This document shows positions 51,202-64,000 of a stretch of DNA of 64,000 nt, one piece after another. This DNA is from Eledone cirrhosa (Eukaryota): positions 160,952,001-161,016,000 of the forward strand of contig OZ024741.1 of NCBI GenBank assembly GCA_964016885.1. The letters run 5' to 3'. The stretch's first letter is position 1. Each line of letters starts with the position of its first letter. Under the pieces are notes generated by a model. It made no database searches, was not told where the DNA came from, and worked only from the letters and a program-made list of their open reading frames with translations. A program made the translations under genes and the position numbers.

Positions 51202-51427
51202 AAAATAACAGAGAAACAGAAATAAAAGGTGAGAGCTTAGAGAGAGAGAGAGTGTGTGTGTGTGTGAGAGAGAGAGAAGATGAAATAACAGAGAAACAGA
51301 AATAAAAGGTGAGAGCTTAGAGAGAGAGAGAGCTTAGAGAGAGAGAGAGTGTGTGTGTGTGTGAGAGAGAGAGAAGATGAAATAACAGAGAAACAGAAAT
51401 AAAAGGTGAGAGCTTAGAGAGAGAGAG

Positions 51428-51468
<41 letters not shown>

Positions 51469-51510
51469 GAGTGTGTGTGTGTGTATGTGTGTGAGAGAGA
51501 GAGAGGGGGT
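51110..51510. repeat. compound (GA)n/(GT)n microsatellite with three copies of a ~43-bp spacer
   Basis: gaagat(a/g)aaataacagagaaacagaaataaaaggtgagagctt occurs three times. Confidence 0.85.
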
Positions 51511-54500
51511 TATTTAAAGAAACTGTTTGAGATGATGGTCTTGTCGGAATACTCGTGATTGCCACCGCGGAAATTTTACCATTATCGCCGGGTAATAATA
51601 ATCACATGTAAGCAAACTTAATGATTATATTTCTTTATCCTGATTCCTTATTCTTGAGCATACACCATCCTGCTAAAACCCTACCATAAAATACACACCC
51701 ACACATACCGCACAGAAAGACACACAGATGCGGATACGCATACACAGATACATATACACACAGAGAGAGATATACATTCACAGATACACACTCACATCAC
51801 ACAGAAAGACAGACACACACACACACACATCTATATGTATATATATATAGTAAGTAAAACACTGGAATCCCAGGTGTGCACCGGCAGAATATATTCATTT
51901 GGTAAAGTATATATTTTTTTATTTAACATTTCTTTAAATATTCGCATGCCGTTGGGTGAAGAAAGTTTTGGTGTTGGTGTCACTATAACATGATGACGTT
52001 AGAATTTATGAATGAGCAAATCTGTGTTTAATCATTACAATATATCTGTGAAGAAAATGAAAATATCTCGTCTGATTCACTGGATACACGTTAAGGTTAA
52101 GAGGTTTGGTTAAGGATCGTTAGAGTTTCTCATCGATTCCTGTATATATTAGCAGAGCACTCGAAAAGAATCCGGTGAATCGGACGAGAAATTTCCATTT
52201 TCTTTAAAAGAGATCTATTGTTAATGATATTCTATAAAATACATTTCAACCGTGACCTTCCGTCTTTATTTCGGGCAGTTTATCTAGATGTTATGAATGT
52301 TATCTCATGCGTCCCTTCCTTTTTAAAAAAATTGAAGGATACACTTTGATGGAAATTTTAGCTATTATTTTTAACTAGTCGAACGGCCGCGCAGTCATAC
52401 TGATTTATGATAAGCGTTAGGACAGGATTTCTCAAACTTTTTACTTCATAGACCTCTTTGCAACAAAATTTAATTTCTATTCAACCCCAAACAAATTAAT
52501 CGAATATAGAATTACAAAATGCAACTAATTTACATGAGAGAAAAATCAATAAACTATAAATGCAAACACACCTTTAATGTTTGAATTATTTTTAATGGGA
52601 AAGATGTGTTTGATGGATTCTTTTCCGGTCAGAGCCGGCTCGTTCATTTATTCATATGATCCGAACGAGACACATCACTACATTAAGGCATTCTGTTAGG
52701 TATATGATATCTGGCAGTTAGTCTACTCTCCTCCCGTTAAATAGAAATTACTCGAGGCAAACTAGGAAATTCAGTCGCTGTGAATCTCTTAGGATGAGAA
52801 GACCTAACTTATGTTATGAACCTCTTAAAAGTAACAGAATCCCAACCACTGTAATCTCTTGGATATTTCAGGATGCTGGTTAATAACTTTGAGCGTCTCT
52901 AGTAGTTAGGGCTTCACTTTGCCGGCTCGCCTTACTGAAGTATCTACGGATGCTCTTCGTGAGAGTGCTTGACCATTCCTCGCTACCACCCGCGGTGATG
53001 CCGTGTCTAGGTTTGCTTCAAATTCCTTTACAAGGCAAAACCAGTATTCTTTGTTGTAGTATGTAATTGAATATGTACGTCTTCTGTTCTGTTTTGTGTG
53101 TGTGTGTGTGGGGGGGGGGGGTTATCCATTAGTTTCTTTTGTAAATCATTTATTTGTATTTCATTACCCCGTACTAAATATTCTGTAATAAATTGTATTA
53201 ATTATATTTTCGATTAAATCCCCTGATTAAACAAATCTATGATCAATACCAGATGGAGGGTACCAGAATTATTTTCGGGGCAGTTAGTTACTATTTCTAG
53301 CTGTTCGAGTGACCACGTAAAGGTTCGGTTGTCAAGAATGGCATGATGTTTACTAGAAAAATCACTTCACTCCTAGTATAATTGTTTCTACTTTTTGTAC
53401 AAGGTCAGCAATTATCTCAGCGCATTACTGGTACTTTATTTTATCGACCCTGTAAGGATGAAAGGCAAAGTTAACCTAGGCGGGATTTGAACTCAGACCG
53501 TAAAGGGCCGTAACTCTATACTGCATAGCATGGCGTCCGACTCTCTACCGATACTGCCAAATCCACCGCACTACTAGAATAATATTGCGGTATAACTACA
53601 GTTATTGCCGCACTTGGTGGTGAATTGATGGTCGTTTTTGCTCCCTTCTCTTTTCTTCTTTTTTTTTCTTTCTCGCTCTGGTCATATATTTGGGTGGGTT
53701 GTTTTTGTGAGGTTCCTAGCAATGGTTAATTGTATTTTGTTATCTGTGTATTTATCACCGACATTATTTTTGTAAAGTTATTCTGAAAGAATTGTAACTA
53801 CAGTTGACTCATTGACTCTGTTTCGTCATAACTTACTCAATAGTGAATATCTTTTAATGACATTTTGCAGAAACACCTTTTCGGAGATGTAGATTACGTT
53901 TATGCCGATGGAATTTAAAACAAATTAATTATAAAAATTCTTTTATTATCGTATTGTTTATTGATGCTTTCATTTATTGAATACTTTTGATTTGTGTTTG
54001 AAGTAGGTTAAATATAAACTTGGGGATTTTTTAATTATGCTTTGCAATTTCACATCGATTATAAATAATATCAATCAGCATAAAGTCGTAGATTTTATAC
54101 TGGAATGTTATGTTATTTCTTTAACTATAAATCGCGAAAAAAAAAGAAGAAAAAAAGTAGTAATTTGTTTTTTAAAATTCACAAGCATAACCATAATCTA
54201 GAACATTTGAAAATGTATCTCTGCAAAATTTCATTTAATAAAGGACATTATTAAAAAAACAAAATCCAGAGAGGGGTGAGGAGCACTAAACTATAGTTAT
54301 TCCGCATTTGTAACAGAATCTTCTCCAAGCTGTATTTAGACCTGGAGAGAAGTAGACACCACGAGGATAAAAAGGCCCATGCCAACGTCCCTGTGACACG
54401 ACTAAGAGTTAAAAGCCTATTGCTTGGCAAAGATATAGATCTCGGAGTGAAGACTAAGAAGAAAGTCAATACCAGCTATGCACTGGTTTTTGTTGGTGGT

Positions 54501-54610
54501 ATTCATATTGTTGTTGAAACATTGACATGGAGGCTCCCTTAATGCCACATCTCCGCTATCTTTGAACTTAAATAGAGAAACTAAATCTACTACCATATAT
54601 ACATATACAC

Positions 54611-56920
<2,310 letters not shown>

Positions 56921-57129
56921 TATATATATGTTATACTGCCAATAAAAACACATGCACCTGTTGGTTTTCACTTCAATTTATTATAAATTTCCGGTTCGTT
57001 GGTTGGTTTGATAACTGGAAGGTTTATATATTGTCAAAGCTCTTTTGTGACACATTCTGTGACCTCCTCAGTGACTAGGTTTTTATTTTGTGTCTCTCCT
57101 TTGTTCTGTGTCCACTATTTCTATGGAAC

Positions 57130-58760
57130 CATCTGGGCAGTAGAAGGAGCTAGTATCCTGTGGGCACTTGCTACTTATTGCACCTGAGCATCAGCAACAT
57201 ATAAAATCTACATTCTTAGATCTCTTGCTTGTGATCCCACTACATCTTTTATGTACCCATAGTTTGCATTTGGGGCATAGAATGGAATTTCTACCTACTC
57301 CTTTCCTACACACTGAGCATGGCCATTTCCCAGAGGGGACCTGTTCCCTATTTTCCTTTCTACATACTAGAACTTTAGTCTTAGACAAGTTAACTTTAAG
57401 GCCTTTTGATTCTAGGCCATGCTTCCATGTTTGGAATTTCTTCTCTAGTTCAGCCATAGATTCAGCTATGAGAGTTAGATCATCTGCATATAGAAGTTCC
57501 CATGGGTAGCCGGTCTTAAACTCTTCTGTAATAGCCTATCGGGCAATAATAAACAGGAGCGGGCTAAGAACAGAGCCTTGATGAACACTTACTTTCACGC
57601 TAAATTCTTCACTATATTCGTTGTTAATTTTAACCTTGCTGACTGTTCCTCTATACATGGCTTGTATAGCTCTCACAAGCCATTCATCTACTAGTTTTCT
57701 AAGAACCCACCAGATAATGGAGCAGGGTACTGTCAAAGGCTTTCTCCAAGTCAACAAAAGCTAAGTATAGGGGTTTACTTTTATCTAGGTACTTCTCCAT
57801 ACAAGGAAGAGAGCATCTGTGATACTTTTACCTGGCACAAACCCAAACTGCATTTCATCTAGATAAATTTTGTCTCTAATTAGTTGTGAAATAACTCTTT
57901 CTGTGACCTTCTTGACCTGGTCAACTAACTTAATGCCTCTATAGTTTTCTCTATCTAGAGAGTCTCCTTTGCCCTTGTAGCAGTTAACGATGCTGCTGCT
58001 ATGCCAGTCATTTGGTATGATCCCATGCTGTATTACTTGGTTTCCTACCATTCCAGATGCTTTCAACATCTCAGCAACTATCTCTGAAGGCCCAGCTGCC
58101 TTGCCTGTCTTCTTATCTTTGATTGCCTTACTTATACTACCATCACCTTGCACAGCTGGTCCCTCTATTGGATCGACTATCTTTATCCCATTCATTCTCC
58201 TCATTTAGTAGTCTTTTGTAGTGACACTTCCAAGCTACCTTCTTAGCAGTATCAGTGAAGGCAAGTACACCATCATCATTACAGACACACTTCTCCCCGA
58301 CAGTATCACAGTTTTCCTTTGACGCATTGTCTTGCAATCCTGAATACCTCACGTTTTTGGTCCTTGCATTGTAGAACATACTTGAACTTTCTATCCTCAG
58401 CTTCCCTTTTTGCAAAGTACACTTATCGCCTAGCCACCTGATAGTGTTCTCTACTTCCCCCCATCCTGCCATTCTTTCCAAGCCTGCTTTTTGGCTTTGA
58501 TTGTCTCCTCCACCTGACTGTTCCACCACCAAGTTACTCTCCTCCTGCCTAAAGGTCAGCTCCAGCCAGAGATTTCATCTATCACCTTCAGCAGGTTAAC
58601 TTTCAGAAATTCCCACTATATTGTACGTCGCTAATTGCTCTCCTTACTTTCAAAAGCATCAAGTAATATGCTTTTAAATTTGTTACTAGCTGTGCAGTCC
58701 CTCAACTTCCATATTCTTCTCCTCAAGGTAGTCCTCTGTCGTAGAGTACGTCCAGTCTTG
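57130..58760 (-). mobile_element. decayed RTE LINE internal fragment
   Basis: KTGKAAGPSEIVAEMLKA, YKGKGD..DRENYRGIKL, QFGF, VHQGSVLSPLLF and the PHD-like insert. Multiple frameshifts. Confidence 0.9.
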
Positions 58761-59104
58761 ACTATACAGAGAGAAAGGGGGTGGGGAGATGTAAGCATAT
58801 TTGCAATGTATGAGAGAGATTCTAGAAGGGTCTATATGATTTAGCAATATCTAAAATATGTAATTCCGAGAGACAAACGTTTGTTAGATAATAGAACAGT
58901 CTAGTACGATAAAATAAAATTGTAAGCATATTACAATGTGTGAGAGATAATAAATAATAATATAGATATATATAGAAATGGTTTCTACAGGACTAGAACT
59001 GTTTCATTCAAAAGAAATCATCATCATCATCAATATATATATCAGGAGCGAAGGGTCCGTGCATGTATTATAGAATCTTGAATTGATCAAGTGCGTCGGT
59101 TGAA

Positions 59105-59340
59105 GCAAGCAGAATTTTGGCTGCTTACTAAAACGTATAGGCACAAAAAAGATAACACACATACACACAAACACACGACAGCTTTGGGGCAAGCAGAATT
59201 TTGACTACTTACTAAATCGTAGACACATAAAAAGATAACACACACACACACATACACACAAACACATGACAGCTTTGGGGCAAGCAGAATTTTGACTGCT
59301 TACTAAACTGTAGACATAAAAAGATAACACACACACACTA
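59105..59340. repeat. three degenerate ~85-bp tandem repeats
   Basis: aagcagaatttt..ctgcttactaaa..gtag...aaagataacacac occurs three times. Confidence 0.7.
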
Positions 59341-59564
59341 AATAACACTACATGCGTCTTTGACCGTGAGGGTCATTTAGAGGGAATTGGTGGTGGTGGT
59401 GGTGGCGGTGGCTGCACAGCCTCACTTTCCGCCATGGCGATTGGACTGCATGCCCTTCGCCACTTATATATATATATATTTATCCCCACCTCCCCACTCT
59501 CAAGAGCGTGAAACTAATAAACCTTTGTTCGTACTGCCTCTCTGTTTTGTTTCTGTTCCATTTT

Positions 59565-59618
<54 letters not shown>

Positions 59619-60569
59619 TTTATATATACATATATAAATATTCAGTTAAAACCTATATACACTTTAATATAAAATTTACCATTTTCTTTTGTTTTGTCAT
59701 TTAAAAGTTTCTTTTCTTTAGAGTTTGTTCACAATCTGGAGAAAAATATCTGTTTATATTTAATTTAGGAATCATATGATTTTGTTTTTATTTATTGGCT
59801 GATTGGGTCGTTGGTGAGTGACTAGTTAGCAGGTTGGGTTGTAGGTGTAATGGCGGCTGGGTGGTGGGCTGGGTGGTTAGTATAATGACAGCTGGGTGGT
59901 TAGTATAATGACAGCTGGGTGGGTGGTTGGTGAGTGACTAGTTAGCAGGTTGGGCTGTAGGTGTAATGGCGGCTGGGTGGTGGGCTGGGTGGTTAGTATA
60001 ATGACAGCTGGGTGGGTGGTTGGTGAAATAGTTGTCAAGGGGAAGTAACCCGATCTAAGTCACTCCCGAAAGTAAGTGTAAAATTACACACACATGCACA
60101 CCAGGTCCGAACACAGGGGAACCAAACTCCCACTGTCATCGCATCCGTTTCTCCCGCCCTCTCACTGTTTATAATGTTATTTACTCATTTGTAATGTTAT
60201 TTATACAACAGAGAATTATTCGGTACATCTAAAATATTCCAAATTTTCTCTGGATTGATGTCCCTTGGTCAATCTCTGTATATATTCCACGGAATATGTT
60301 TCTCTTTCTTTACGTTGTTGGTTAGATATGCTTTCTATTGGTATAATCTGTTCTTTGATAATCATGGTTATATTTTTCCTGTACATCTTTTGTTGCTGAC
60401 TGTGCTTTTTCATCGAAAACGGATTATCTAAATCACATTCTTTCTTAAATTCTACCTTTTGTACTTAAAAAAAAACAGTTTTCACTCTTTTTCTTATCTT
60501 TGGAGGGATACCAATTCAGCATTTTCACACTCTCGTTTCAATAGTTTTCTAGATAATTTCTAATAGTGC

Positions 60570-63190
60570 CCCATAAACCTACTGTAACTTTATTCTGCCC
60601 AAAAAGTCAAGTGAGATTGGTTTCCAAGAAATTGTGGAATTGCTTTCAAAAAATTTTTGTGATAGAAGTTCATTGTTTAACACCAGAATGAAGTGTTGGA
60701 ACTTAACAAAAAATGAGGAGGAGGATTTTATCACTTACACCAGAGTAGTCAACCATATGTGCGAAAATTCCAAACTCTAGGATCTCACTCAGGATATGTT
60801 CAAATCACTTATCTTCGTGCATGGAGATAGAGAAATTCCAGCAAGGATTCTCTTGAAAATGGAGCAAGCAAACCAAGATTTATCTCTACAGACCATCGCA
60901 GAAGACTATGGTAAATCTTAAACATGATGTGAAAAAAATACAAGATAAAGACTCTGCAAAAATTCAAATGTGTCGTCCCAGGAGGCACAATAAAAAAAAA
61001 AGTGCCAGGCCGCAATCCGTGTTATGGTTGTGGAGACCTACACTATAAAAAGGATTGTCCGTTTAAATACCAAAAATGCTATAGTTGTCAGAAGCTTGGA
61101 CACAGGTGTTCTCACTGTAGAACAAGACTACGAGGCTCAAACACAAAAAGTTCTAAGGTATTTTCAGTGGAGAGTGGTGTAACAGGCGATAAATTACATT
61201 TCTTGGGCAAAACATGCATCGACATCACATTTCGTTGTGGATAATACAATCAATTTATTTGGCACAGATTGGTTGGAACTATTCGATTTATGACACCTCC
61301 CCATAAATCTTTACTGCAATAACATAAATGGTTGTCCCGTTAAAAACAAGTCTTCGGAAGAGGTGAAGAAAAAATTGAAAAAAAATATTCCTGCAAATGT
61401 TGTCAAATGTAGAAAGACGGAAGCCTATTTTCAAATAAGTGAAAATGCAGTACCTGTATTTAAAGCAAACAAAAGTACTGTTCACGGCAATTGAAACTGT
61501 AAATGAAGAATTGGACAGATTAGAAAACAGTGGAGTCAACAGACTAGAAAAGGTGGATTACTCGAAATGGGCAGCACCCACGGTATGTATTAAAAAAAAT
61601 ATATATAAGATTAGGCTGTGTGCCGATCTCTCTATAGGATTGAACGACTGCACCAGCAATATTCCAGCAAATCATGGATACTATGTTATCCGATTGTGAA
61701 TTTGCAATCCCGTACTTGGACGATATTTTAATCAAGAGTAGTTCTCGTGAACAGCATGTGGAATACATAAAAGCTGTGTTTAAGAAAATTAAAGTTTTCG
61801 AGCTCACTTTGAGTGAAGAAAAATGCGAATTCTTTTTGCCCCAAATTAAGTACTTAGGGCAAATAATTGATAAAAGTTGTAGATGTCCTGACCTGTTGAG
61901 GACAGACGCAATAAGGAATATGCCTGCGCCGACAAATATTCCAGCCTTACAAGCATTTCTTGGGTTGGCAAACTATTATCAAAGCTACATTCCTAATATG
62001 CACATTGAATGATTTATTAAAAAAAGGAGTAAAGTGGAATTGGTTCACTTTTGAAGAAATAAAAAAAAATTCTAATCTCAGACCTGTTGTTAGCTCATTA
62101 CGATCCCGAAACGGGCATCATTGTAGCGTCTGATGCTTCCGAATATGGATTAGGTGCAGTTCTACTTCATAAATACGAAGACAGAAGTACAAAACCAGTG
62201 GTTCGTGTGTCGCGCTCGCTAATAGTGAGAGAGAAGAGATATAGTCAAATTGAAAAGGAGGCCCTAGCAGTTATTTTTGCAGTTAAAAGATTTCACAGGT
62301 TTCTGCATGGCAGAAGTTTTTTTTATTGCAAACAGACCATAGATCTTTGCTGTTGATTTATGGGTCTAAAAAATGTTTACCGACTCGTACTGTGAACCAC
62401 CTGCAATGTCGGGGTGTAATATTACTAAATTATAATTTCAAAATGCATTACATTCCATCGAAAAAAATCGGTCATGCGGACTGCCTTTCGCGATTAATTC
62501 CAAAAAATATGGAACCACTAGAAGAGACTGTTATAGCCACACTGTAGCCAGAATGTGAAATTAAAAGTGTTATGACGAACGTTATCCAAGAACTACCAGT
62601 GACTGCACAGGATATAAGAATGAAAGCTGTAGGTGATGAGTATATTACGAAAATGAAAGAAGCTTTAAAAAATAAACAATAAAAATTCAGATGCCAGTAG
62701 TTTTTCAATTTGCGACGATATTCTGATGTATGCCCAAAGTGGTGGTTCCAACTACATTACAAAAAGGTGTATTGCAACAATTTCACAGCGGACATCCAGG
62801 AATGGTAAGGATGAAAGCACTGATGAGGAGTTATGTCTATTGACCATTTATGGACCGAGATATTGAAAACTTGGTGAGAACATGCTGAGGTTGCGTGCTC
62901 ACGGCAAAATCTGCGCTGGTAAAATATCAATCGCGGCCAGAGACGGAGAACCCATGGTCTAGGGTATACATTGACTATGCCGGACCAGTAAATGGTGCTT
63001 ACTACCTAATCATAGAAGATAGCTGTACTAAGTGGCAGGAGGTTTGCAGTTGCTATAGACCAACCTCTAAGACAACTATAAAGTTCTTATATGAATTGTT
63101 TGCGTGATGCAGTGTCCCCAACATGCTTGTTTCAGACAACGGAACGCAGTTCTCTGGGCATGAATTCAAGAACTTCTGTAAAAGGCATTG
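60570..63190 (+). mobile_element. decayed Ty3/gypsy (Mag-like) LTR retrotransposon gag-pol
   Basis: Two CCHC knuckles (61002 ORF), WAAP, PYLDDILI, YLG, DASEYGLGAVL, YSQIEKEALA, H.GHPG and PWSRVYIDYAGP. Many stops and frameshifts; no LTRs found. Confidence 0.9.
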
Positions 63191-63329
63191 AGTGTGTGGC
63201 TGGGGATCAAAAAAATTTCATTATACTGCAAAATTCGTTATAATGGTATTTGTTATAACAGAATTTTACCTGTATATATGTTGGGTTGTAGATTTATAGG
63301 TATAAAAATAACAACAAACATTCAATAAT

Positions 63330-64000
63330 AATAAAAAATTATTGTGTACAGTGTTCAGGTGCACTACAACTCATCAAAGGTGTATGTATAGTACATAGAA
63401 TAATGTAAAAAGTCAGGAAAGTGATACACACACATGCGTGCGTGTGTTTGGAGGGGGAATATTAGGTGTAGTGTTGGCGAATTTCGGGAAGCATGGAAGT
63501 TTTGACAGATGCAGTTTTTCTGGCAGCTAACAACTGATGCAGGTAGTTTGTTTCATGCTTCACCAACTCTGAGCGTGAAAAAATGTTTCTGAAAGTCATG
63601 GGAGCTGTAATGTTTTTTTGATTTTGTAGGCATGCCCACGTGTGTTAGACACATGGATTCAAAAAGGTACCCAGGATTGTTGTTGACAAGATGGTTAATA
63701 ATCTTGTTGGTGTCTACTGATTCTCTTCCTAGATGTCAAAGCTTTAATGTATATATGCGTTCAAAGTATGGTAGATGTCTGATGGAAGGTATTCGCTTGC
63801 TTGCACATTTCTGAACAGTTTCTAGATCAATATTCTGAACAAGAGAGGGGTTCCAAACTGGTGATGAAAATTCTAGTGTGGACGCACCATAGCTATAGAC
63901 AGCTTTAAATAGATAATTGGAGAGCAGATTACAGAGGTCTTAGTGAGTGACGTCAAGACACCTTCGGCCTTCTTGACAATTTTAGAGATGTACTTTGCGC
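63330..64000 (-). mobile_element. CR1/L2-group LINE 3' portion (runs off the window)
   Basis: Minus strand reads LYKAVYSYGASTLEFSSPVWNP and then sequence homologous to 23712-24180. Confidence 0.75.

Noticed and set aside
58990-59030. Hammerhead remnant (minus strand TGATGA-tttcttttgaat-GAAA-cagttc-TA)
   Set aside because: The 5' box merges into a (TGA)n tract and has no stem I partner.

Overview
This is eukaryotic, AT-rich, microsatellite-dense DNA. The SINE/LINE repertoire looks like an octopod cephalopod, which is an inference. One host gene is supported: a 5-coding-exon CRAL-TRIO gene on the minus strand (21029->2586, 283 aa, all GT-AG introns in phase) closely resembling retinaldehyde-binding protein 1 (CRALBP/RLBP1). 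The rest is mobile DNA. It includes an intact DD37D Tc1/mariner transposon, an intact Penelope-like element (PLE; RT + GIY-YIG), and two young non-coding LTR elements with a tRNA-Trp-derived primer site. It also includes RTE, CR1-like, R4/Dong-like and CRE-like LINE fragments, a decayed gypsy element, many SINEs, and a 95-bp satellite grown out of one SINE. The main hidden signal is a set of minimal type I hammerhead ribozyme motifs read directly from the sequence: seven with intact core boxes, one mutated copy and several broken ones. They sit in PLE ends and in small non-coding inverted or tandem elements. One is a retrozyme-like 452-nt monomer bounded by two hammerheads (47745-48726). Boundaries of decayed repeats are approximate, and no database searches or folding programs were run.
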